Virus record (IMG/VR): IMGVR_UViG_3300037743_000193 | Location: 1 to 29,777 of that record | From: a virus | Taxonomy: Duplodnaviria; Caudoviricetes | Direction: 5' to 3' (one strand) | Length of the DNA stretch: 29,777 nucleotides | Part shown: positions 21,447-29,777 of the stretch, in pieces | Position numbering within the stretch: the first letter of the stretch is position 1 | Layout: each line of letters starts with the position of its first letter | Position numbers and translations under genes: made by a program | The notes under the pieces: model-generated | What the model was told of the DNA's origin: nothing | Seen by the model: only the letters and a program-made list of their open reading frames with translations | Database searches by the model: none

Positions 21447-23756
21447 CTATCCGGCCCGTTCCTGGCCCGGGGTAAATTCCGGCTTGCTCTGCGACCCGAG
21501 CGCGCCGAACGACGGCTCCGGCATCGGCGCTTGAGTCCCGCCCGCGCTCATCTCCTCATTGGCGAAGTGCCCCTGAAGCACCGCCATCACGTTCGGCTCC
21601 ATCGCCGGATCGACCGGGACCCCGAACAGGATCCCGAGCATGAGCCGCCGCTCGTACGGAAGCTCCTCACGCAGCTGTGGCAGACGCTCCTGAAGGTCGG
21701 CCTGCACCTGGCCATAGAGCTCCGGGTACACCTCGCGCAGGGCCTCGGCATCCTCCGGCGTCATGGTCCCGTCCCCGGCCCGTTCCAGGACCCCGATCGG
21801 ATCCTCGGTGGCCTGGGCGTATCGAGCGAACGCGGCGATCTCGAAGTGTGACGGCTCCCAGCGATTGGGTCCTGTCGGCATCCCGAGCCCGGGCTCGAGC
21901 GGCAGTTTGCTCGCGAGAAACTCCAGGCGCCGGACCGCGGCCGTCTCCATCTGGTCAGCCAGGATCGGGTCCATCGCCGCCACCGGTGCGAGACGGTCCG
22001 CGATCTGGGCCCGAGCCTGGCGCGACATCTGCGGACCGGCCGGGGTGCCGATCGTGTGCGCGCGAATCTCCGCGGCCCGGCGCTTGTACGCGGTGGCCGC
22101 CGAGCTCGAGCCCTTTACCTCTTCCCGCTCGGGGCCGTAGCGGAGCGCGTCCAGGGCCTTGACCGTGATGATGGGCGTGGCCGGGGTGACGCGCCGGGTG
22201 ACGCTCACGACGCCGTCCAGGGCCTGGGCAAGGCGCTCAGCTGCTTCCCCCGCCGCCTTCCCGGCTCGGCGAAAGACCAGGTCCCCGATCTTGTCGGCAG
22301 CGAAGGCGGCGGCGGGAACCGCGGCGGCACCGAGACCGAGCGCGGAACCCACCCCCATCGCGCCACCGAACACCGATCCCTTGAGCATTTTTTGGCCGAA
22401 GCCCTCGGCCTTGGCGGGGGCGCGCCCGGCTTCGATGGAGGCGACGATCTTGGCCTGGAGTGCCTCGTTGCGCGTGAGCAGCTCCTGGGCCGCCGCACCC
22501 GAGGATGCGCGCATCTCCGAGAGGGCTCCGCGCTCGAGGGCGTCGGCGAATTCGAGAGCGTCGGTAGGATCGAGGGCCAGCGCCTTCCCGGCCTTGCGAT
22601 CGAGCCGCTTCCCCGCCCATGTCCCGTACCGGCGCGGCGCGGTCTTGTCGAGCGTGGACAGCTTGACCGACTCGGCACCGTCCTCGACGGCCTTGCGGAT
22701 CTGGCCGGCAATGGCGGTGTCCTCGGTGGCGAGCCGGGCCATGCCGTCGTCCACCCTGGGCAGTGCGTCCCGGAGCGCCTTCGCCTCGCGCCGGAGCGGG
22801 TCCAGGGCGCGGCGGCCCTGACTCTCCGCGAGACCGATCGGCTCGTCGGCGAGGTTGCGCAGTCGCGTGCCGGCCTTGCTGAACACCGCGGTCTCGCCAC
22901 CGGCATCGACAGCGTGGAAGGCCGCGCTCCGAGCACTCGAGTAGTCCGTCACCTCGCGCGCGATGGCCTGGCCGGCGCCATCGAGGCTGTCCGGCAGCTT
23001 GCCCACGGTCCGGGACCGGAGCGCGCTCGAAGCCTTGGCGAGCCCCTTCTCGAGAGCCTTCCCGGCCAGCCCACCAGCTACCCCGGCGCCGGCCCCGTAC
23101 AGCATGTGGCTCGAGAGCGTGGACGCGATCCGCTCGGCGTTGATGGGCTCGTCGGACAGGGCCAGTTCCGAGACGCCCTCGCCGGCGCCGAATAGGACGC
23201 CCTCGGCAGCGCCACGGGCGACGGTGGATCCGGGACCGCGCCCGCCCGCGAATGCCTGCGCGGCCCGGGTTGCAAGACCGGCCGGGGTTGCGGCGGCGGC
23301 ACGGGCACCGAGGCCAGCCCCACCGGTAGCCAGAGCGGCCGTGGCCGCCCCACCAATCTCCCCGGCCAGTGACCAGCCGTGCCTTTGCTCTCGAATGGCG
23401 CCGACTTCGCCCTCTACCCCGAGGGCGCGCGCGGCCAGGTCCGAGGTGCCCAGGCTCGCCCCACGAAGCGCACCGAGGCCAAGAGCTGCCGCACCGTAGC
23501 CCACGCCCGAGTAAGCCTCCTCGAGACGCTCCCCGCGCTCACGCTCGGCCGTCTCGACGTCGGTCTCGATGCCCTTGCCGGCGGCGGCTGCGGCACCTGC
23601 TCGCTCGGCGCTGTCGGTCGTCGCCGTCCCGAACATGCCGGTGGTGACGACCTCCTGGCCCTCCTCGATCTGGAGCCCGGCCTGCTCGGCCTGCGGGATG
23701 TCCTCGTCCTTGACCAGGACGCGGTTGCCGTCCTTATCTCGTGCCCAAACGCTCAT
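21447..23756 (-). CDS. Putative internal virion/ejection protein (769 aa)
   Basis: Long Ala/Gly-rich helical protein with hydrophobic glycine-zipper segments, downstream of the tail genes. Confidence 0.65.
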   Translation of the reverse strand: MSVWARDKDGNRVLVKDEDIPQAEQAGLQIEEGQEVVTTGMFGTATTDSAERAGAAAAAGKGIETDVETAERERGERLEEAYSGVGYGAAALGLGALRGASLGTSDLAARALGVEGEVGAIREQRHGWSLAGEIGGAATAALATGGAGLGARAAAATPAGLATRAAQAFAGGRGPGSTVARGAAEGVLFGAGEGVSELALSDEPINAERIASTLSSHMLYGAGAGVAGGLAGKALEKGLAKASSALRSRTVGKLPDSLDGAGQAIAREVTDYSSARSAAFHAVDAGGETAVFSKAGTRLRNLADEPIGLAESQGRRALDPLRREAKALRDALPRVDDGMARLATEDTAIAGQIRKAVEDGAESVKLSTLDKTAPRRYGTWAGKRLDRKAGKALALDPTDALEFADALERGALSEMRASSGAAAQELLTRNEALQAKIVASIEAGRAPAKAEGFGQKMLKGSVFGGAMGVGSALGLGAAAVPAAAFAADKIGDLVFRRAGKAAGEAAERLAQALDGVVSVTRRVTPATPIITVKALDALRYGPEREEVKGSSSAATAYKRRAAEIRAHTIGTPAGPQMSRQARAQIADRLAPVAAMDPILADQMETAAVRRLEFLASKLPLEPGLGMPTGPNRWEPSHFEIAAFARYAQATEDPIGVLERAGDGTMTPEDAEALREVYPELYGQVQADLQERLPQLREELPYERRLMLGILFGVPVDPAMEPNVMAVLQGHFANEEMSAGGTQAPMPEPSFGALGSQSKPEFTPGQERAG

Positions 23757-25855
23757 TTGCCACCTCCGGGCAGCTTTCCGCGGACCTCGTCGTCAAAGAG
23801 CGGGCGGTCCTTGCGGTCCTCTCTCGCCTGCTGGACGGCCTGGGCGGTGGACTGGCGCGCGGCCTCGGTTTCCTTCCGGTATTCGGGCAGGTCCTCAACA
23901 CCGTAGCCGGGCCCTCGCACGGTCGCGCCTGGGGTCTCGAGCACCTGCGCGCCGGCAATGAGGCCGGCCCTCACCGATTCGTCGAGCCCCTCCTTGTCGG
24001 CCGCGGACCGTAGCTCGGCGGCACCCTGCTCGGCCGACATCTCTCCGGCCTCGACGGCCTCTAGGATCGTGGTCGGCAGCCGCGAGATCTCGTCCCCGCG
24101 CTCCTCCGGGGTCTTGTCCCGGGACGCTCCGGTCGCCGGGTCGTACACCTTCGGAGTCGTCGCCTTCTCGACCTCGTCCTTGGCGGTTGGCGGCACCGGT
24201 TTTGCCGGCAGTCCGAGGCGCAGATCGCTACGGCCGGTGATCGTCTCGAGTTCCTGATCTAGTGAGGCTAGGGTGTCGTCGTAATAGCCGTCTAGGAGTG
24301 CCCGGGTGGACCCCATGCTCTGCCACAGCTTCTGTGGGTCGCGCGGGATCCGCTTCCCCTGGAACTCGATGTCGCCCTCGGTGATGGTTCCGCCCATCGA
24401 CTTCGCCTCGATGAGGATCTGACCAATCGCCAGCTGCTCGGCGCGCTTCCGATCGGCGTCGGAGAGTTCTCCGAGCTTCCATGCACGCCGGATCCCGCCG
24501 ATCTTCTGCAACTCAGTGAGCATCCGGTGCGCGCTCTTGGTCGAGCGAATCTTGTTCTTGAGATCCTCTCGCGCCTGGCGGTCCTTGATCTTGATCGGCA
24601 CGGCATTGCCCTGTGCGTCCTGGAGCCCGTGCAGGGTGTCGCCACTGATCTCGACGACTGCCTCACCCGCGGTGCCCTTGTCTCCCTTGCCCTTGCCGCC
24701 CCCGGTCCCGATCTTCGCCGTCTCGCGCTGCATCTTGGCGATCTGCGCGTTCTTGTACCGGCTCTCCAGATCGAACTCGGCCAACTCCTTCGCCCGCTTG
24801 TACTGATCATCCGCGGCCTGGGCCTGCCCCTTCGCCAGGGCCTGATCGATCCCGCGCATGGAGTCGGCGATGCGCATGGCCTGGGTTCCCTGCGGATCGA
24901 ACTGCTGGTACTTGGCCATCGCCGCTTCCCGCAACGTCAGGAGCTGCGCCTGCTTCTCGGCGGCGGCGGCCTGCTGCATGTCCCCGGTCCGGCGGTACAC
25001 CTGGCCGAGCACGCTCATTTGCTCGGCACGGCTCGCGCGACCGGCGGCGATGTTTTGGATCTGGGCCTGGATGTGTCGGTCGGCCTCGCGCTCGAACCGC
25101 TCCATCGCCATGTTGCGCCCGCCGCGGTACACCGACAGCGACCCGTCGATGGCGGCCGCGGCGATCCCGGCCAGCTTCTCGCCCCAGGACAGCGACTTGC
25201 GCCAGGCCGAGGGGTCCACCTCCTTGGGGGCGGCTTCGGCTGCGGCCTGGATCTCGGCGAGCTTCTCGTCGGCCTCGACGATGCGCGCGTCGATGGCCGC
25301 CTGTCGCTCCCTGGCGTCGATCTCGATCTCGGACTTGCCCGCGTCGTACACGGCCCGGGCTGCGTCCACCTTGGCCTGCTCGCGGCGGTCGGCCTCCATC
25401 GCGTACGTGTACGGGTCCAGCTCGCGAAGGAGCTGGGCCTCGCGCTCGGGGTCCTCGATGGCGTCGAATGCTTGCGCCCGTTCGTCGCCCGGCATCCCGG
25501 TGATCTGCTCGGTGATGGACGGCGACGGGACCGCGAACTCGCGCCCCATCTGGTCCTCGATCGATAGCGGCTGCGCGCTGATGATGGCGCCGGAGCCTCC
25601 GGTGTCGGACTCCACAAACTGCGGGCGCTCGAGCAGGTCCGCGGGCGCGTACGGCTCGGGTGCGGGTCCGGTGGGGCCGCCGAACGCGGCTTCGAGTTCG
25701 GCATCGGTGACGAGGTCCGGGGGAAGCTGCTCGGGCGGAACCTGGGCCGGCGCCAACGCGTGAGGCACGACCAACTCCGGTGGCGCCCACGGGTCCTCGA
25801 CCGGGACCGGCTCAGCGTCCCACTCAGCCGGCCACCACTGTTCCTCGCCCGCCAC
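23753..25855 (-). CDS. Putative internal virion/ejection protein (700 aa)
   Basis: Pro/Glu-rich N-terminus, Gln/Ala coiled coils; position in the operon. Confidence 0.65.
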   Translation of the reverse strand: MAGEEQWWPAEWDAEPVPVEDPWAPPELVVPHALAPAQVPPEQLPPDLVTDAELEAAFGGPTGPAPEPYAPADLLERPQFVESDTGGSGAIISAQPLSIEDQMGREFAVPSPSITEQITGMPGDERAQAFDAIEDPEREAQLLRELDPYTYAMEADRREQAKVDAARAVYDAGKSEIEIDARERQAAIDARIVEADEKLAEIQAAAEAAPKEVDPSAWRKSLSWGEKLAGIAAAAIDGSLSVYRGGRNMAMERFEREADRHIQAQIQNIAAGRASRAEQMSVLGQVYRRTGDMQQAAAAEKQAQLLTLREAAMAKYQQFDPQGTQAMRIADSMRGIDQALAKGQAQAADDQYKRAKELAEFDLESRYKNAQIAKMQRETAKIGTGGGKGKGDKGTAGEAVVEISGDTLHGLQDAQGNAVPIKIKDRQAREDLKNKIRSTKSAHRMLTELQKIGGIRRAWKLGELSDADRKRAEQLAIGQILIEAKSMGGTITEGDIEFQGKRIPRDPQKLWQSMGSTRALLDGYYDDTLASLDQELETITGRSDLRLGLPAKPVPPTAKDEVEKATTPKVYDPATGASRDKTPEERGDEISRLPTTILEAVEAGEMSAEQGAAELRSAADKEGLDESVRAGLIAGAQVLETPGATVRGPGYGVEDLPEYRKETEAARQSTAQAVQQAREDRKDRPLFDDEVRGKLPGGGK

Positions 25856-26875
25856 TCAGCCCCCCTTCATTTTCTTCTCGCGCTCGAGCTCCTCGATGCG
25901 CCGGTTGAGGTCCGCGGTGGCGGCGGCGATGGCCCCGGTCAGCTTGCCGCCGTCGATCGTCTTGCCCTGCGGCGTGTCGGAGACCATCGAGGCACCCTCT
26001 GGGGTCCGCTCGAGGTCCTGGGCCATGATGCCGACGTGTCGCCCGGCGCCATGCTGGGCCGGATCCCGGTAGCGGTATGCGGCCGGCTGGAGGGACGTGA
26101 GCAGTCGGCGAACGCTGCCGGACCCGTCATCGATGGCGGTCTTGGCGCGAACGTCGGAGAAAAACGCGCCGGCCGCGCCGATCGCGCTGCTGAGCATGCC
26201 GGCTTTCCGCTCCCCGCTAGTCGGCGTCTGCGTCATGGCGTCGAACCGGTTGCCGCGCTGCTGCTCGATCTGGCCGAATGCGTCGAGAGCCTGGCCGCGC
26301 CCGCCGAGCGTCGCCTGGAGGTCCTGGCCGCGAAGGCCGGTGAGCCCCTGCGCCGCCGCCTGGCGCTCGGCGATTCCAGCCATGGCCTGCTGGCCGGACA
26401 GGCCCGCGCCCATGTTGGCCGAGTTCATGGCCGCGGTCCGAGCCGCCATGGCCTGGTTTCCGCCGCGTGCGCCGGCCGCCATCGACTGCTGGGCGGCGAG
26501 GTTCTGACCGAGCCCTTGGCGTAGCTGCTCGGCAGAGAGCGACTGCTCGCCGCTCATCTGGCGTTGCAGCTGCCCGCGCAGTGCCGCGTCATCGAGGAAC
26601 CGCTGCTCGCTGGCGTTGGCGAACTTGCCCGCCTGGCCACCGACATAGGACATAGACCCGGTCGGGTCCACCTGGCGGAACTCGTTATCGGCGCGGCTCT
26701 TGGTCAACTCGCCGAACTGCTCTTTAGCCTGGTCGAGAGCACTCCGGCCCTTCTCTCCCCAGTCGGTGCTCTCGCCGTAGCCGGCCCTCTTGCCGGTGCG
26801 GTGCTCGCGGACGCTGCCCGGCTCGCGTTGCCAATCCCGGCTCTTGTCAATCTCCGTCCCTCGCCACGGCATCAT
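25856..26875 (-). CDS. Gln/Ala/Gly-rich virion protein with a C-terminal peptidase S74 (intramolecular chaperone) domain
   Basis: SDVRAK..I...L.P..YRY...GIMAQDLE...LNRRIEELE motif. Confidence 0.82.
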   Translation of the reverse strand: MMPWRGTEIDKSRDWQREPGSVREHRTGKRAGYGESTDWGEKGRSALDQAKEQFGELTKSRADNEFRQVDPTGSMSYVGGQAGKFANASEQRFLDDAALRGQLQRQMSGEQSLSAEQLRQGLGQNLAAQQSMAAGARGGNQAMAARTAAMNSANMGAGLSGQQAMAGIAERQAAAQGLTGLRGQDLQATLGGRGQALDAFGQIEQQRGNRFDAMTQTPTSGERKAGMLSSAIGAAGAFFSDVRAKTAIDDGSGSVRRLLTSLQPAAYRYRDPAQHGAGRHVGIMAQDLERTPEGASMVSDTPQGKTIDGGKLTGAIAAATADLNRRIEELEREKKMKGG

Positions 26876-29777
26876 GCACTCCTTGTCTGGGCCATTCGCC
26901 GGAGCCCGGTCTTGAAGCCGAGCTCAAAGCCGATCCCGGTCAGTCGCAGCGCCTCACCATCCGGGGGCGCCTCGAAGCCGACCGCCTGCGTGGTGAGCCG
27001 GACTCGGACCGCCTGCACCTTCTGGCGCTTGAACGGGTGCCGGATCTGCTCCGGGGCCCCGGCGATCTGCTTCGTCGGCGTCCAGACCCGGTCATCAACC
27101 ACGGTCTCGTCGTAGTCGTAGGACACGCGGATCCGTAGGTCGTGCGCGCTCCGCCACTCACCGAGCGGGGACATGCGCCGGGCCCGTCCGTAGCGGGTCA
27201 GGCCGCCGAACTTGACCCAGGCGGTCTCGACGTCCATCGCGTAGTCCACGCCGTCGTAGTCGTCGCGCTCGGTGAAGACCCCGTCCGCGGTGGCGTAGAC
27301 GTACCGGCCCTGCCACAGGACCGCGCTTACGGCGCCCTCGATGCTCCAGGTGGACCACTGGCCGAGCTTGGTGCTGTAGACCAGACACCGCTCCGTGGTC
27401 ATGCATCGGATCTCGTGGCGGGACTCGACCACGGACACGGACACGATCTCGTCGCCGTCGAAGTCCTCGACGGGTCCGCCGATGTACTGCACCCCGCCCC
27501 CGAGCGTGAGCAGGTGCCAGCCCTTCGACCCGTGGAAAACGATCCCGTCCGAGGTCACGCCGATGGCCTCCTGCGACTGCGCGCCAACGTCCACGGAGAT
27601 GGTTCGGGGAGGGCCGAAGTTCTGGCCGGCTCCGAGGTTGTCGAAGCCCTCGCCGGGTAGGGCGTAGATGGCGCTCTCGCAGAACGCGATCAGGGTCTCG
27701 TTGAGAACGGCGAGGGCGGTGACGGGGCCGCCCGATGCGGGGAGCGTGATCCTGTTCCCGTCGTGGAAGCTGGCCACGCGGCCGTCTTGGCGGATCTTGC
27801 TGTAGCGGATCTGGTGCGGCTCGTTCGCGATGCCCGCCAAAAAGATGCGGTCGGTGCCGGCAACGATGATGGAGGCGGACGCGGGCGGTAGATCCTCGAG
27901 CTCCACGCCGGGGGGTAGGATCTGCTCGCGCGACTGGATATCTTCGTCGGACAGAGCATCAACGAAAGAGACGGTCTCCGCGGTCGGATCGTTGTCGATG
28001 TACCGGTTGTCGCCGGTGTCGTTGGTCGGGTCCGCGTCGCTAACCCGGTAGAGAGGCGCTCCCACCGGCGGATTCTCGAGCGTGCGCCACACCTCGATCC
28101 GGGCATCTGAGCGGTCGCCTTGCTTACGCGTGACCGGTAGCGGTCGCGAAAACAGAGTCGCATCAACCCCGGATCCGGGGCTCGCAACCGGCCCGGCCTC
28201 GGCGCGCGCCAGCGACGTACTGCGCTCCATCTCTTGCGCGGCGTTCTCCCACGCCAGGGTCTGGAGCCAGCTGTGGACCCCGCCCTCCATGTCCCCCGAA
28301 TCCGCGGACCCGAGGGTAATGGCAAGCCGCCACAGGTAGAGCAGAAAACCAACCTCGGCCAGCCCCTCGCCGTCGTATTGCATGGGGACGCCGCCCGAGA
28401 CGTACAGGGTACGGCCCAGTTCGGCACTGCCCCGCGCGTCGTCGGAATCCAGGGCCAGGACAACCTCGCGCGGGGACCGGGCGGCGTAGGACGTCGAGCC
28501 CGCCTCGCCCGTGAGGAGGCGCCTCTCGAGCCCCGTCCACCCGTATCGCGAGCCACCGAGGTCCTGGACGGTCCCCAGGTGACCGTCCAGGAGGCCGAAG
28601 CCACCGGCAACGTCTTGCACCGCCCGCGCGATTACCTCGCCGTCGTCGCGAAACAGGAAATAGGCGTGCTGCACGCCAACGAGAGCGTTGTTATCGGCGA
28701 CGGTGTCACCCGCGAAGGCGCCCCAGAGATACACGCGATCGCCATGGGCGAATGCATGGGAGGCCACGCCGATGCGGTGGACCAGGTCGGTTGAGGTGCC
28801 GCTTGAGTCGCCGTCTGTCTCCGCCCAGCCCACTTCGGTGACGAAGTCACTGATGCCGCTCGTTTGACCGGAGCTCCAGAATGCAAAGCAGCGATACTCG
28901 CCCCCCGTCTCGGGGGTCGCCTTGAACGCGGCGGTGATCTGGTCGTCCGCTGTCTCGATCGTCCCGAGTGCCATGTTGACGTCGTCCGTCGCGGTCAGTC
29001 CCGCGTCGAACAGATCGCCTTCGACGTCGGTCCCATCGACGCGCACCACCATCACGTCCGCGTCCGGCGAAACGGCGATCGCAATAACCCCGTCGCACGT
29101 CCGCGCCTCCAGCTGCTTTGCGACCGTTCCAGCGGCGTTCACGGTGCCGATGCGGTAGGAAGTGGACGTGTCCTGCTGCGCCGCAAAGTACGCGGTGTCG
29201 CCGCTCACGGCCACGTCGTAGGGCCCCGCGGCGGCGGTATCGACGCTGGACTGGTCCGAGGTGTTGGCGATGTCGTGCGGGTCGATGGCGGAGGCGAACA
29301 GCTCCCCGCCGGACGTTTCGTATACGAACGCAAAGACCACCGTATCCCCGGCCACCAGTCGAGGGCGGGCCTTCCCGTCCTCGGTCCACGCGGTCGGCCC
29401 GTACACCACCGCGCCCGTCTCCACGTCCAACGCCGCAATCTTGAGCGCGTCCGGAGCCGACGGGTCGCTGCCCTCGGTCCACATGTAGATCGCGATCCCG
29501 TCCAGCTCGGCGCGGTCGCAGAAGCTCTGCTCGGCCGTGGACCCGAACAGCGACCGCTCCGTCACCGAGGCGGCCAGGTGCTCGCCCCGCTCCTGCCACT
29601 CGTTCAGGCTCGGGCTCCAGCTGTAGAGCTTCGTGTCCGTGAACGCGAGAAGCTCGTCCCGGTACGTGGCCAGGCGGCGGATGTTCGTGAGCGTCGTCGG
29701 CAGCGGCTCGTACGGGTGCCGGAGATGGAGCCCGCCGCGCTTGTCGAAGGCGACGTTCTCCGCGCGGGACAGGCCCG
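26872..29777 (-). CDS. Tail tubular/DNA stabilization protein (P22 gp10 / T7 gp12-like), 5'-truncated by the window
   Basis: The frame is open past 29565 to the window edge (GLSRAENVAFDKRGGL). Beta-propeller motifs DRIFLAG..IRYS, GPVTAL, LIAF.ESAIY and a C-terminal jelly-roll. Confidence 0.78.
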   Translation of the reverse strand, partial: GLSRAENVAFDKRGGLHLRHPYEPLPTTLTNIRRLATYRDELLAFTDTKLYSWSPSLNEWQERGEHLAASVTERSLFGSTAEQSFCDRAELDGIAIYMWTEGSDPSAPDALKIAALDVETGAVVYGPTAWTEDGKARPRLVAGDTVVFAFVYETSGGELFASAIDPHDIANTSDQSSVDTAAAGPYDVAVSGDTAYFAAQQDTSTSYRIGTVNAAGTVAKQLEARTCDGVIAIAVSPDADVMVVRVDGTDVEGDLFDAGLTATDDVNMALGTIETADDQITAAFKATPETGGEYRCFAFWSSGQTSGISDFVTEVGWAETDGDSSGTSTDLVHRIGVASHAFAHGDRVYLWGAFAGDTVADNNALVGVQHAYFLFRDDGEVIARAVQDVAGGFGLLDGHLGTVQDLGGSRYGWTGLERRLLTGEAGSTSYAARSPREVVLALDSDDARGSAELGRTLYVSGGVPMQYDGEGLAEVGFLLYLWRLAITLGSADSGDMEGGVHSWLQTLAWENAAQEMERSTSLARAEAGPVASPGSGVDATLFSRPLPVTRKQGDRSDARIEVWRTLENPPVGAPLYRVSDADPTNDTGDNRYIDNDPTAETVSFVDALSDEDIQSREQILPPGVELEDLPPASASIIVAGTDRIFLAGIANEPHQIRYSKIRQDGRVASFHDGNRITLPASGGPVTALAVLNETLIAFCESAIYALPGEGFDNLGAGQNFGPPRTISVDVGAQSQEAIGVTSDGIVFHGSKGWHLLTLGGGVQYIGGPVEDFDGDEIVSVSVVESRHEIRCMTTERCLVYSTKLGQWSTWSIEGAVSAVLWQGRYVYATADGVFTERDDYDGVDYAMDVETAWVKFGGLTRYGRARRMSPLGEWRSAHDLRIRVSYDYDETVVDDRVWTPTKQIAGAPEQIRHPFKRQKVQAVRVRLTTQAVGFEAPPDGEALRLTGIGFELGFKTGLRRMAQTRSA

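Larger units (their letters stand above)
1..29777. mobile_element. Temperate phage genome segment (podovirus-like), probably in attP (excised/free) form
   Basis: Integrase and xis, cro/repressor switch, replication module, lysis and virion genes. No host housekeeping genes. Phage genes on both sides of the att core. Confidence 0.93.

Noticed and set aside
20646-29488. Long + strand ORFs opposite the virion genes (e.g. 20646-21851, 22056-23195, 24527-25567)
   Set aside because: Typical GC-rich antisense shadows with no motifs, promoters or SD.
26872-29565. Start of the tail protein at 29565
   Set aside because: The frame stays open and protein-like up to the window edge, so the true start lies outside the window.

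Overview
High-GC (roughly 70% by eye) temperate phage DNA with podovirus-type tail and internal-virion genes. Phage genes lie on both sides of an att core, which suggests the free or excised (attP) configuration. Host unknown; a Myxococcota-like Gram-negative is a guess from GC content and lipoproteins. Layout: (i) a leftward early/replication operon, 7814 to 131 (Cro-like, CII-like, Dam-family MTase, replication initiator with internal iterons, G39P-like protein, SLOG/YspA, NDT-like, Holliday junction resolvase, many Zn-ribbon micro-proteins); (ii) an immunity region with an atypical repressor and four TCAAGY-N3-RCTTGA-like operators; (iii) a rightward operon, 8692 to 14691 (RecE-like exonuclease, OB-fold-like partner, MazG-like, Ea22-like, HNH, xis, tyrosine integrase), then an attP core matching a tRNA 3' end; (iv) a leftward late operon, >29777 to 16124 (tail stabilization protein, three internal-virion-like proteins, LamG-like protein, holin, about 12 small genes, M15 endolysin). 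The most unusual signal is three antisense units embedded in the leftward operons: a membrane-protein gene, a two-gene RHH cassette and an ~83-nt structured RNA. Each has its own sigma70-type promoter or -10 element, and each is spanned on the operon strand by a stop-free 'bridge' ORF with 4-nt start/stop overlaps at both ends. All family calls come from motif recognition by eye; no database search was run.
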